A stretch of DNA of 64,000 nt, from the NCBI GenBank assembly GCA_903859155.1, contig CAIOLO010000116.1, positions 124-64,123 on the forward strand, read 5' to 3'. This DNA is from an uncultured beta proteobacterium. GTDB taxonomy: Bacteria; Pseudomonadota; Gammaproteobacteria; Burkholderiales; SG8-39. The notes under the pieces were generated by a model. That model did not search any database, was not told where the DNA came from, and saw nothing but the letters and a program-made list of their open reading frames with translations. Made by a program: the position numbers and the translations under genes. Positions 19,123-28,930 of the stretch are shown here, one piece after another (the first letter of the stretch is position 1; each line of letters starts with the position of its first letter).

Positions 19123-20779
19123 TCGGCGATTTGTTATAAAAAGGCTTCAGGCCGCTCTGGCGGATACCAGGGTGGTGCTCCTCAATGGCGCCAGACAGAC
19201 AGGAAAAAGCACGCTAGTTCAAAAGCTTGCAACAGATCGTAATGGCCAGTACCTGACGCTGGATGACCCGGCTACCGCCGGGCTGGCGCGTTCCGATCCG
19301 TCCGCATTGGTCCGTGGGGCCGGCGCATTCATGGTGATCGACGAAGTGCAGCATGCACCCGAATTGTTTCCGGCGATCAAACGGATGGTGGACGCGGATG
19401 GTCGCCCCGGGCGCTTTCTACTGACGGGCTCCGCCAATGTGTACCTGCTGCCCCGTTTATCGGAGTCGCTGGCGGGGCGTATGGAAATCCTGCCGCTGCA
19501 TCCGTTGTCACAGGGGGAACTGGCCGGCGACGAGGTCAATCTGGTTGACGCGCTGTTTGATGGCGCGACGTGGCGGACGGGACCGTTGTCGCACGCGGGT
19601 TTGCCGGCAATGGATCGCGTTGGCGTCTGCGAGCGCGTGATCGCGGGGGGATTTCCCGAGGCTGTGGCACGCACGGCGGGCGAGCGGCGCGATGCCTGGT
19701 TTCGCAGCTACATCACCAGCCTGCTGCATCGGGATGTGCGCGACCTGGCGCATATCGATGGTTTGACCGACCTTTCCCGGCTGCTCTCGCTGCTGGCGGC
19801 TCGTTCGGGGGCTTTGATGAACATGTCGGAGGTTTCCCGCACCGCAGGTATTGCGCATTCCACGCTGCGACGCTATTTCGCGTTGCTGGAGGCCACCTTC
19901 GTTTTTCAGCCTCTGCCCGCCTGGTCCAACAACCTGGGCAAACGCTTAGTTAAATCACCCAAGATTCATTTGCTCGATTCGGGTCTGGCCGCGCACCTGC
20001 GTGGAGATGGGGAGGCGCTCGCGCTGGCGCAGTCGCCCAATCTGGGGCCGCTGCTGGAGACGTTTGTGGTGCAGGAAGTGCGCAAACTTCTTGCCTGGAG
20101 CCACCATGCGGCCACGCCCTATCACTTTCGCACTGCGACCGGGCAGGAGGTGGACCTGGTGCTCGAGGCGCCGGGCCAGCGCATCGCGGGCATCGAGGTC
20201 AAAGCCGCCTCCAGCGTGAATCAGGGTGATTTCGGCGGCTTGCGCGCTCTGGCTGAATCGGCAGGCGACAAATTTGTCGGCGGCGTGGTGCTTTATCTGG
20301 GTGAGCAATGCCTGCCGTTTGCTGAGAACCTATGGGCCTTGCCGATCTCGGTCCTGTGGGCTTCACTCGGGGATATGCCGATCTTGCGCTCGCCCTTGCC
20401 GGCATACGCCTCGAACGCGACGTCAAAGGCTGCAAATGTTGCTTGGCCACCGCTTGCGCAGAAATTGCGCATCTCCCGGCCCAGGCTTGAGGAGCTGTGC
20501 CGCAAATACGGCATCGCCAGATTGAGTTTGTTCGGCTCGGCGTCGAGAAATCAGTTGAGGCCTGACAGCGACGTGGACTTGATGGTCGATTGGCTGCCTG
20601 ATAGCCCCACTTCGTTATTCGACATGAAAACTATCCAGGACGAATTTGCGGCGGCGTTCGGCGGTCGCAAGGTGGACATTGTCACGCCGGAAATTTTGAG
20701 AGATCCGCTTCGCCGGGATTCCATCGTGCCGGATCTGAAGCTAATCTACGAGAATCGGGCGGACACCGAGAAGATATGA
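19118..20779 (+). CDS. AAA+ ATPase (AAA_14/DUF4143) fused to a C-terminal MNT nucleotidyltransferase
   Basis: Walker A GARQTGKS, Walker B IDEVQ, LLTGS, LAGR, KSPKIHLLDSG, EVDLV...IEVKA; then FGSASRNQLRPDSDVD (GSx10DxD) and RKVDIV. Confidence 0.85.
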   Translation: MFRRFVIKRLQAALADTRVVLLNGARQTGKSTLVQKLATDRNGQYLTLDDPATAGLARSDPSALVRGAGAFMVIDEVQHAPELFPAIKRMVDADGRPGRFLLTGSANVYLLPRLSESLAGRMEILPLHPLSQGELAGDEVNLVDALFDGATWRTGPLSHAGLPAMDRVGVCERVIAGGFPEAVARTAGERRDAWFRSYITSLLHRDVRDLAHIDGLTDLSRLLSLLAARSGALMNMSEVSRTAGIAHSTLRRYFALLEATFVFQPLPAWSNNLGKRLVKSPKIHLLDSGLAAHLRGDGEALALAQSPNLGPLLETFVVQEVRKLLAWSHHAATPYHFRTATGQEVDLVLEAPGQRIAGIEVKAASSVNQGDFGGLRALAESAGDKFVGGVVLYLGEQCLPFAENLWALPISVLWASLGDMPILRSPLPAYASNATSKAANVAWPPLAQKLRISRPRLEELCRKYGIARLSLFGSASRNQLRPDSDVDLMVDWLPDSPTSLFDMKTIQDEFAAAFGGRKVDIVTPEILRDPLRRDSIVPDLKLIYENRADTEKI

Positions 20780-21312
20780 AAAACGGGAAGTCCAATATAA
20801 AGAACTTGCGCTGCATAGTCATCGCCGGTCCGAACGGATCGGGGAAGACCACATTTGCGCGGGAATTCCTGCCGAAAGAGGCGGAGGTGGTGCATTTTGT
20901 CAACGCGGACCTTATCGCGGGTGGACTTTCGCCTTTGAACCCACAGAATGCGGCCGTTGCCGCCGGCAAGATTCTTTTGAAAGAGTTGGATCGTCTGGCC
21001 GCAGGGAAAGAAAGTTTTGCATTTGAGAGCACCTTGAGTGGATTGGGATACGCGTCGCGATTGAAAAGATATCGGGCAGCGGGTTTCAGGATCGAATTTG
21101 TTTACCTGAAGCTTGATTCGACCCATTTGGCGCTGCGGCGAATTGCCGGTCGGGTGAGGCAGGGTGGCCACAACGTTCCCAAGGAAGATGTATTGCGGCG
21201 ATTTGAACGCAGTTGGAGCAATTTTCTGCGGATTTATCGGCCAATCGCCGATCGTTGGTCCGTGTATGATAATTCCGAATCCATACCTCATTTAATCGAG
21301 CGCGGCCCATGA
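20776..21312 (+). CDS. Zeta-toxin-like P-loop ATPase/kinase
   Basis: IAGPNGSGKTT, FVNADLIA, FAFESTLSG, RVRQGGHNVP, VYDNS; ATGA overlap. Confidence 0.85.
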   Translation: MKNGKSNIKNLRCIVIAGPNGSGKTTFAREFLPKEAEVVHFVNADLIAGGLSPLNPQNAAVAAGKILLKELDRLAAGKESFAFESTLSGLGYASRLKRYRAAGFRIEFVYLKLDSTHLALRRIAGRVRQGGHNVPKEDVLRRFERSWSNFLRIYRPIADRWSVYDNSESIPHLIERGP

Positions 21313-21467
21313 ATCAGAAGATCAAAAAAGTCAAGTTGGACGAGTTTTCGAAAGGGGTTGGCCGGGCGTTGCGCAGGGCTGCCCTGCGCGCCAGGGAAGT
21401 GGCGCGCATGCATGGCACCCCAATTTATGTGAGCAGGAACGGGAAGGTAGTTGCATTGAAACCGTAG
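21309..21467 (+). CDS. Small basic protein (52 aa), probable partner of the zeta-like protein
   Basis: MNQKIKKVKLDEFSKGVGRALRRAALRAREVARMHGTPIYVSRNGKVVALKP; ATGA overlap; below the ORF-track cutoff. Confidence 0.75.
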   Translation: MNQKIKKVKLDEFSKGVGRALRRAALRAREVARMHGTPIYVSRNGKVVALKP

Positions 21468-21657
21468 TGCGGGCGACATCGCGCTGCGGGTGCGGCGCGT
21501 CTCTGCCTGCGTGATGCGCTGGGTGAACCAGTAGAGGTTGCGCGAATATCGAATTACAGAACGGCGATTATTATAATTTATTGGTGTAAATGGTTGATGG
21601 ACGCTGCTAATAGACAATGTTGTAACCCATATACAGGATAAATACCTGCCGAGAGAA

Positions 21658-22479
21658 TTACCGGCGCCGGCTCGCGCCGGACTTTTTGGCTGATGCCGCG
21701 GCCTTGGGAGCTGCGGACTTTCTGCTCTTGGTCGCTGCCGTTCTGCCGGATGCAACTGCAACCTTCACCGGCTTCGCGGTTTTCACCCGCGCTTTGGCCC
21801 TGCCCGGTGACACACGCTTCACCGGCGCAGACTCCACATCCATCTCAATGCCGAACACATCGGCGATGTGAGCGTCATCGAGTATTTTGCCGGCAACGGG
21901 GCCTTTGCCTGCTTTAGGCGCGGCAGTTCCGGCTTGGGTAACGAGTTCCTTGGCGTCGACCTTGCGCAATCGGAACAACAATTCCGGCTGCTCATCCAGG
22001 CGCGCGCCGACGCCATAGAGCACCGCGGCGACGTGCTTGCACATCTCGGCCCAGTCCGGGCAACTGCAGGCAAGCTTGATTTCCTGCGGCGCGGGAAACA
22101 GGCCCGTGCCCGGCTTGCAGATGCGTTCCATCACCGCCTTCGACAAACGGCCCTGCAACAGTTCTACTATCGAATCGATCGATGTTGCGCACTCGTCGGC
22201 GATGGCCTGCCATGGTTTGCCGGGTACCGAGCTCACTTTGACGCTGACCTTGTACAGGCTGGACCCGACCACCTGCGCAAGCACTTCGCCCGCGTCGATT
22301 TTCAGATCGATTACCGAGCCATTGCGCAGGTAAGTGCGGCCGCGCGGCAGGCGGTTGGAGTAATCGCTGTATTGCTCCAGGTTTTGGCACCAGGCGCGGC
22401 CCCAGAACGTTTTCGCAATGGCGCCGGAAGAGGCGCTCACCGGCGAGAGGGCGGCAAGGGCACCCGCGGTGAGATCCAT
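21658..22479 (-). CDS. SWIM zinc-finger protein
   Basis: TFWGRAWC...NRLPRGRTYLRNGSV; CSCPDWAEMCKH (CxC...CxH); Lys/Ala-rich tail. Confidence 0.85.
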   Translation of the reverse strand: MDLTAGALAALSPVSASSGAIAKTFWGRAWCQNLEQYSDYSNRLPRGRTYLRNGSVIDLKIDAGEVLAQVVGSSLYKVSVKVSSVPGKPWQAIADECATSIDSIVELLQGRLSKAVMERICKPGTGLFPAPQEIKLACSCPDWAEMCKHVAAVLYGVGARLDEQPELLFRLRKVDAKELVTQAGTAAPKAGKGPVAGKILDDAHIADVFGIEMDVESAPVKRVSPGRAKARVKTAKPVKVAVASGRTAATKSRKSAAPKAAASAKKSGASRRR

Positions 22480-22582
22480 GCCGGGTACGCTAGCTGGTTA
22501 AAATGTAAAACATTTGTTAAATGAAATGTAGGTGTATCGGAAGGTTAAATAGAATTCGTATTCTTATAATAAGATATTTTGC

Positions 22583-25570
22583 CTACCCGCCTGTGCCGAA
22601 TGCGTGCGCGTACAACAGCCGCAGCGTGAAATCCGCTGTCTTGTCCGCCACCTTCGGAAAGCGTCTCCAGATGGCTGCGGCTTTCTCCTTGTCATCCGCC
22701 ACCAGGTAACCCGTCATGCCGGTGATGATGAGGTAGCGTTGCTGGGCATTGGAGTGCCTGAAGCGCGGCTCGAGCAGCTTCTCCGACAGCGCGGCCATGC
22801 GCGCCGCGTCGCGCTTGGCTACGGCGCGCAACAGGTCCAGCCACGCGGTCTGTGATTCACTGAGCCGCAGAGCGCACGGCGGCGCTGCGATGCGCTCCCA
22901 CATGGCCGTGGCATCGGCGGCGGGCAGGAGCGGGGTCATGGTGCGCGCCAGTTGCAGCAGGGAATGAAACCACAGGTCGATGCGCTCGGCGTCGCGGCAG
23001 TCGCCCGCCTGCAGCTTGGCGATCTCGAGATCCTTCTGCAGGCTGCTCGGGATGTCCTGCGGGCGGGGGCCGTTTCTGCCGAGGATGAAGTCGTGCGCGT
23101 AGCGGGCGTTGCGCATGGTTTCAATTTTTTCGAAGAAATCGCCGCCTGCATAGGAGGGCGGCGCAGCCCAGTCGGCGGCGCGGCCCTCGAGCATGGCGAT
23201 CACCGGCAGGTCGGTGCCGCCCAGTTCGGTGACCTCGCCTGCGTATTTCTGCAGATAGCGGAACTTCGCCGCGTTGAGGTCTAGGTAGGGCGCGTAATCG
23301 GAATTGACGGGCACCGCGAAGCTGGCGAAAAACGGTTCGAGTACTTTTCTGCCGCCGAGCCGTCGCAACTGCATGTCGCCCAGGGTCTGCACCTGCACGC
23401 GGCGCAGTTCGGCGGCGACGCCGGCGACGCTGCTCATGTCAGACAGCGGCCGCGCCAGCGTCTGCGGGTCGCCGCCGACGATGAGCAGGTCGCCGTTGGT
23501 GGCGGCGTAGACGACGTAGTCGGGAAACTCGCTGCCCAGCGCACCGAGCACCGAGGCGAGCAGGCTGGCATCGATCTCATAGAGCTGGAACCACTGCACC
23601 AGCACCCCGCCAGGCTTCAAGTAGCGCCGCGCGAGCTGGTAGAACTCGCGCGTGAACAGGCTCGACACGCCGCTCACCCAGGGATTGGAGGGCTCCGAGA
23701 CGATGATGTCGTAACGCCGGTTGTGCGTGGAAAAAAAGGTTTTTGCATCGTCGAAATTGATGTGGCTGCGCGGATCGGCAAACGCATTGGAGTTGATCGG
23801 CGCGAACATCTTTGACGCTTTCGCCATCAGCGGTTCTATTTCAATCGTATCCACCGCTTCCAGCGCCGCGTTGGCGAGCAGGGTGTGGGTGGTGAGGCCG
23901 GTGCCGATGCCGATGACCGCGACGTTCTTCGCATCGGGCTTGACCGCCATCGGCAGCGCGGCGGTGAGCACCATGGTGACTTCATCGGAGATTCGATCCA
24001 TGGCCGGATCCATCGCAATGGCGCCGTCGGATTTGCCGTTGGTGCGCAGGCTGCGGCCCTCGGGAAAATCCATCAGGCTCACCGTGGTGGTCTTGCCGTC
24101 CTCGTGCAGGATCAGTTTGGCCTCGCTGCTGCTGTAGACCTCGCCGCGGCGGAACACTCCCGAGGCCATCTTGTAGTTATCCAGCGGGAAGCCGGCCAGC
24201 ACCACGGCGAAGGCGAGCGTGGCGGCGGCGGCCGTCCCGGCGCGCAGTGCGAGCGGGCCGCCCACGCGCCACATCAGGATCAGGCCCAGCATGACATCCA
24301 GCGCGGCGCCCGCCGCGATCAGCCCTTTGAGGCCCAGCAGCGGCATCCCCAGGTGCGCGGCGAAGAAAACGCCGATGATGGATCCGAGCGTGTTCGATGC
24401 ATACACCGCGCCGATGCTTTTCTCGCCGTGGCCGAGGCGCAGCAGGCTGTAGGTGATGAGCGGCAGGGTCATGCCGGCGCAAAAGGTCGCCGGGAACATC
24501 ACCGCCAGCGCGATGCCGTGGCTGGAGGCGAGGAACAGCGCGTGGCCGGAATCGGTTTTCGCCAGTCCCTTGATGACGGCGGCCATGACTTCGAACATCT
24601 GTCCGTAAAGAGGGATGGTGGCCAGCGCAAGCAGTCCCATGGCAACCTGCACCCGGGCGAGGAAACGCATGGGGTCGCCGATGGCATCGATGCGCCGCTT
24701 CACCCACAATCCGCCCAAGGCCAGTCCGAGGATGAAGGCCGAGAGCATCAGCTCGAACGAATGCGTCGAGGCGCCCAGCACCAGGGAGAGCATGCGGATC
24801 CAGCCGATTTCGTAGATGAATGAAGCCGCGCCGGTGAGCAGTGCAATGGCCAGATACAGCGTGTAGGAGGCGCTGCCCGCCGGTGCCCGGGCCTCGACGG
24901 GTGCCGCACTCTCTGCTGCGGGACGGGGCTCGGCGCCGCGCGCCAGTATCCAGACGATGGCGGCCAGCGCCAGGTTCATGGCGCCGGCCAGCCCGATGGT
25001 GCCGGGCAGGCCGAGCTTTTCGATCAGCAGGAAACCGCTGGCGAGCACGCCGATCGCCGCGCCGAAGCTGTTGGTGAAGTACAGCATCGCCAGCGATCCG
25101 CCGGGGGCGAGCGGATAGCGGCGGATGAGGCCCGCGCTCATCAGCGGGAAGGTCATGCCAAGCAATATCGATTGCGGCAGGATCAGGAGCCCGGCCAGCG
25201 TCCACTTGGCGAGCGCTGCTCCCGTCGCGGTTCCCAGGCCGGGCAGCAGCGCGTCATAGGCCCATTGGGTGAGGGTGACGAAGGTCCCGTGGAAGACAAG
25301 CGCCGCAACCCCGATCAGCGCCTCGGTGACGGCGTAGCCCACCAGCAGGTTGGCCCAGCGCGGGCCGAAGCGGCTGCACAGCCAGGCACCGATTGCCATG
25401 CCGCCCATGAACAGCGCCAGCACCAGCGTCTGCGCATAGGCCGCGTGGCCCAGGAACAGTTTGAGATAGTGGCTCCAGATCGACTCGTAGATGAGCCCGG
25501 CAAAGCCGGATGCGGTGAACAGCAGAAAAAATACACCGCGCGGCACGCGGGAACGGAAGGGTTCGTTCAC
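22583..25570 (-). CDS. Fused multi-TM (MFS-like)/spermidine-synthase-like protein
   Basis: 995 aa; repeated SGFAGLIYE / TGAASFIYEIGW TM units, then VIGIGTGLT, IEIEP and DIIVSEPSNPW. Confidence 0.85.
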   Translation of the reverse strand: MNEPFRSRVPRGVFFLLFTASGFAGLIYESIWSHYLKLFLGHAAYAQTLVLALFMGGMAIGAWLCSRFGPRWANLLVGYAVTEALIGVAALVFHGTFVTLTQWAYDALLPGLGTATGAALAKWTLAGLLILPQSILLGMTFPLMSAGLIRRYPLAPGGSLAMLYFTNSFGAAIGVLASGFLLIEKLGLPGTIGLAGAMNLALAAIVWILARGAEPRPAAESAAPVEARAPAGSASYTLYLAIALLTGAASFIYEIGWIRMLSLVLGASTHSFELMLSAFILGLALGGLWVKRRIDAIGDPMRFLARVQVAMGLLALATIPLYGQMFEVMAAVIKGLAKTDSGHALFLASSHGIALAVMFPATFCAGMTLPLITYSLLRLGHGEKSIGAVYASNTLGSIIGVFFAAHLGMPLLGLKGLIAAGAALDVMLGLILMWRVGGPLALRAGTAAAATLAFAVVLAGFPLDNYKMASGVFRRGEVYSSSEAKLILHEDGKTTTVSLMDFPEGRSLRTNGKSDGAIAMDPAMDRISDEVTMVLTAALPMAVKPDAKNVAVIGIGTGLTTHTLLANAALEAVDTIEIEPLMAKASKMFAPINSNAFADPRSHINFDDAKTFFSTHNRRYDIIVSEPSNPWVSGVSSLFTREFYQLARRYLKPGGVLVQWFQLYEIDASLLASVLGALGSEFPDYVVYAATNGDLLIVGGDPQTLARPLSDMSSVAGVAAELRRVQVQTLGDMQLRRLGGRKVLEPFFASFAVPVNSDYAPYLDLNAAKFRYLQKYAGEVTELGGTDLPVIAMLEGRAADWAAPPSYAGGDFFEKIETMRNARYAHDFILGRNGPRPQDIPSSLQKDLEIAKLQAGDCRDAERIDLWFHSLLQLARTMTPLLPAADATAMWERIAAPPCALRLSESQTAWLDLLRAVAKRDAARMAALSEKLLEPRFRHSNAQQRYLIITGMTGYLVADDKEKAAAIWRRFPKVADKTADFTLRLLYAHAFGTGG

Positions 25571-25710
25571 AGTCGATTCTCTCGCAGGTCATGTTTGCCG
25601 ATGGCGCAGCGGCAGCAAAAGGCGTTATCTTACCCGCCACATTTGCACTGCGAATCCCCGGATCGCTGCTTCGGCAAAGGAAATGCTTACGTTTGGAGAT
25701 GGAGCGCATC

Positions 25711-26559
25711 ATGAAATCAGCGGGAGGTTCGCGGCGGTGGATTCCTTTTTGCGTCGTCTGGTCCGCGGCAGGGCTTCTCAGCGCCTGCCAGTCGGTGCAG
25801 ACTACGCAGCCCGGCGTGGTCGGGGTCGAGCGCAAACAGACCATGACCTCGTTGTTGCCTGCGAGCCAGGTCAACGGCGGCGCGGAAAAGGCCTATCAGC
25901 AGGTATTGCAGGACGCGCGCAAGAAAAACCAGTTGAACCGCGATGCCGCGCAGCTTGCCCGGGTGAAACAGGTTGCCGAGCGTTTGATTCCGGCGACCTC
26001 CGCGTTTCGCAACGATGCGCAGGGGTGGAAGTGGGAGGTCAACGTCATTACCTCGGCCGAAGTCAACGCCTGGTGCATGCCCGGGGGAAAGATCGCCTTC
26101 TATACCGGGCTGATCGAAAAGCTCCAGGTCAGCGACGGCGAGATGGCCGCGGTGATGGGGCATGAAATCGCGCATGCGCTGCGGGAGCACGGGCGCGAGC
26201 GTGCCTCGGCGGCGGTGCTGCAGTCCACGGTGCTCAATATCGGCGCGGCGCTGCTGGGTGTCAGCGGATCGGCGGTGGACCTGTCGAGCACCATTCTTGA
26301 TGTCACCTTCAATCTGCCCAACTCGCGTCAGGACGAGACCGAGGCCGACCGCATCGGTATCGAACTGGCCGCGCGTGCCGGATTCGATCCCCATGCCGCG
26401 GTGTCGCTGTGGCAAAAGATGAGTCAGCTGGGCGGTGGTCGCGGCCCGGCGTTTCTGTCCACGCATCCTTCGCCGGACAATCGAATCAAGGATTTGCAGG
26501 TTTATGCGGAGCGCGTCATGCCGCTTTATCAGGCGGCTCAGGCGGCGCGCAAACCCTAG
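25711..26559 (+). CDS. M48 family metallopeptidase (lipoprotein)
   Basis: Lipobox LSAC, NAWCMPGG, HEIAH, EADRIG, STHP. Confidence 0.9.
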   Translation: MKSAGGSRRWIPFCVVWSAAGLLSACQSVQTTQPGVVGVERKQTMTSLLPASQVNGGAEKAYQQVLQDARKKNQLNRDAAQLARVKQVAERLIPATSAFRNDAQGWKWEVNVITSAEVNAWCMPGGKIAFYTGLIEKLQVSDGEMAAVMGHEIAHALREHGRERASAAVLQSTVLNIGAALLGVSGSAVDLSSTILDVTFNLPNSRQDETEADRIGIELAARAGFDPHAAVSLWQKMSQLGGGRGPAFLSTHPSPDNRIKDLQVYAERVMPLYQAAQAARKP

Positions 26560-26644
26560 GCCGGCGCCCTTCGCGCTCAGGTATTGCCGCGAACGCGAGC
26601 TCATGCATCCGTTATAATCAAAGACTTACAGCAGGTTTTCGCCA

Positions 26645-28054
26645 ATGATCCAACAGACACTCTACGACAAACTCTGGGCCAGTCACGCGGTGCGCGCCGA
26701 AGACGACGGCACCACGCTGCTTTATATCGACCGGCACCTGGTGCACGAAGTTACCAGTCCCCAGGCCTATGAAGGCCTGAAGGTCGCCGGCCGCAGGGTG
26801 TGGCGCAAGGATTCCGTGGTGGCCACCGCCGACCACAACACGCCCACGGACCACTGGGAAGAGGGCATCAAGGATCCGATTTCGCGCCTGCAGGTGGAAA
26901 CCCTCGACGCCAATATCAAGGAATACGGCGCCAAGGTTTTTTTTCCGTTTCTGGACAAACGCCAGGGCATCGTGCACGTGATCGGGCCGGAAAACGGCTT
27001 CACTCTGCCGGGCATGACCGTGGTCTGCGGCGATTCGCATACCAGCACGCACGGAGCGTTTGGCTGTCTGGCCTACGGCGTGGGCACCTCCGAGGTCGAG
27101 CACGTGCTCGCCACGCAGACGCTGCTGGCCAAGAAGATGCAGAACATGCTGGTGCTGGTGGAGGGCGATATTCCCCGCGGCGTGACCGGCAAGGACATCG
27201 CCCTGGCGGTGGTGCGCCGCATCGGTACCGCCGGCGGTACCGGTTGTGCGGTGGAATTCGCCGGCAGCGCGATCCGCGCGCTTTCCATGGAAGGCCGCAT
27301 GACGCTTTGCAACATGGCGATCGAGGCGGGCGCGCGCGCCGGTATGGTCGCCGTGGATGACGTGACCATTGATTATTTGAAGGGCCGCCCTGATGCGCCG
27401 ATCGGTGCGACCTGGGACCGCGCCGTGGCGCACTGGCGCACCTTGCAGAGCGACCCTGGGTCGAAATTCGACCGCGTGGTGCAGATCGACGCGAGAGAAT
27501 TGAAACCTCATGTCACCTGGGGAACCTCCCCGGAAATGGTGGTGACCATCGATGACCGCGTGCCCGACCCCGACAAGGAAAAAGATCCGGTGCGTCGCGA
27601 GGGCATGGAGCGTGCGCTGGTGTACATGGGGCTCGAGCCCAATACCGCGATCAGGGATATCCGCATCGACAAGGTGTTCATCGGATCGTGCACCAACTCG
27701 CGCATTGAGGATTTGCGCGCCGCTGCCGGCGTGGTGCGCGGCCGGCGCAAGGCGGCCAACGTCAAGCTCGTCCTGGTGGTGCCCGGTTCCGGGCAGGTAA
27801 AGCTGCAGGCGGAGAAAGAAGGCCTGGATCGCATTTTCAAGGACGCGGGTTTCGAATGGCGCGAGCCGGGCTGCTCCATGTGCCTTGGCATGAACGCCGA
27901 CCGCCTCGAGCCGGGCGAACGCTGCGCGTCGACTTCCAATCGCAATTTCGAAGGACGCCAGGGCACCGGCGGGCGCACGCATCTGGTCAGCCCGGCCATG
28001 GCGGCGGCGGCCGGCGTGGCGGGATATTTTGTCGACGTTCGCGAGCTTCGCTGA
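26645..28054 (+). CDS. leuC: 3-isopropylmalate dehydratase large subunit
   Basis: [37 protein letters not shown]. Confidence 0.97.
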   Translation: MIQQTLYDKLWASHAVRAEDDGTTLLYIDRHLVHEVTSPQAYEGLKVAGRRVWRKDSVVATADHNTPTDHWEEGIKDPISRLQVETLDANIKEYGAKVFFPFLDKRQGIVHVIGPENGFTLPGMTVVCGDSHTSTHGAFGCLAYGVGTSEVEHVLATQTLLAKKMQNMLVLVEGDIPRGVTGKDIALAVVRRIGTAGGTGCAVEFAGSAIRALSMEGRMTLCNMAIEAGARAGMVAVDDVTIDYLKGRPDAPIGATWDRAVAHWRTLQSDPGSKFDRVVQIDARELKPHVTWGTSPEMVVTIDDRVPDPDKEKDPVRREGMERALVYMGLEPNTAIRDIRIDKVFIGSCTNSRIEDLRAAAGVVRGRRKAANVKLVLVVPGSGQVKLQAEKEGLDRIFKDAGFEWREPGCSMCLGMNADRLEPGERCASTSNRNFEGRQGTGGRTHLVSPAMAAAAGVAGYFVDVRELR

Positions 28055-28075
28055 GCGGGATCCGGGAAGACAGTC

Positions 28076-28198
28076 ATGAGCAAACTTTTTTCCGGCATTG
28101 TGATTCTGCTGGTTCTGGCCGGTTGCAACACCATGCAGGGTCTGGGCAAGGATGTGAAGGCGGGCGGCGAGGCGCTGGAACGCGCTTCCAAGAAATAA
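28076..28198 (+). CDS. Entericidin A/B family lipoprotein (40 aa)
   Basis: [40 protein letters not shown]: lipobox LAGC and NTxxGxGxD motif. Confidence 0.9.
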   Translation: MSKLFSGIVILLVLAGCNTMQGLGKDVKAGGEALERASKK

Positions 28199-28226
28199 TC
28201 GGAACCGGGACAGCCAGGAAACAGCC

Positions 28227-28865
28227 ATGCAGAAATTCACCGTACACAAGGGTCTGGTCGCGCCGATGGATCGCGCCAATGTCGACACCGATGCGATCAT
28301 CCCCAAGCAGTTCCTCAAATCGATCCGGCGCATCGGCTTCGGGCAGAACCTGTTCGATGCCTGGCGCTACCTGGATGAGGGCCAGCCGGGGCAGGACTGC
28401 AGCAACCGTCCGATCAATCGTGACTTTGTGTTGAACCAGTCGCGCTACAAGGGCGCCTCGATCCTCATCGCGCGCAAGAACTTCGGCTGCGGCTCCTCGC
28501 GCGAGCACGCTCCCTGGGCGCTGGGCGAATACGGCTTTCGCGCGATTATTGCGCCTTCGTATGGCGATATCTTTTTCAACAACTCGCTAAAGAACGGCCT
28601 GTTGCCCATCACGCTCGACGAGACGAAGGTGGACCGGCTGTTCAGCGAGGCCGCACCGTTTCCCGGCTATGCGCTGGAGATCAACCTCGAGGCGCAGGTG
28701 GTGATCAAGCCCGACGGTGATTCCTATCATTTCGACGTAGAGCCATTCAGCAAGTACTGCCTGCTGAACGGCTTTGACGACATCGGCCTGACGCTGCGCC
28801 ATGCAGCGACCATTCGCGCGTTCGAGGAAAAACGCAAAATCGAGCAGCCCTGGCTGTTCACTTGA
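28227..28865 (+). CDS. leuD: 3-isopropylmalate dehydratase small subunit
   Basis: [24 protein letters not shown]. Confidence 0.97.
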   Translation: MQKFTVHKGLVAPMDRANVDTDAIIPKQFLKSIRRIGFGQNLFDAWRYLDEGQPGQDCSNRPINRDFVLNQSRYKGASILIARKNFGCGSSREHAPWALGEYGFRAIIAPSYGDIFFNNSLKNGLLPITLDETKVDRLFSEAAPFPGYALEINLEAQVVIKPDGDSYHFDVEPFSKYCLLNGFDDIGLTLRHAATIRAFEEKRKIEQPWLFT

Positions 28866-28874
28866 TAAAAAAGT

Positions 28875-28918
28875 GAATGGCCGGGGTTCCGAAGCGGACC
28901 CCGGCCATTCTGTTTTTT
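28875..28918 (+). terminator. Intrinsic terminator-like hairpin between leuD and leuB
   Basis: GAATGGCCGGGGT...ACCCCGGCCATTC (13-bp stem) followed by TGTTTTTT and preceded by A6. Confidence 0.7.
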
Positions 28919-28930
28919 GGGATGCGAATC

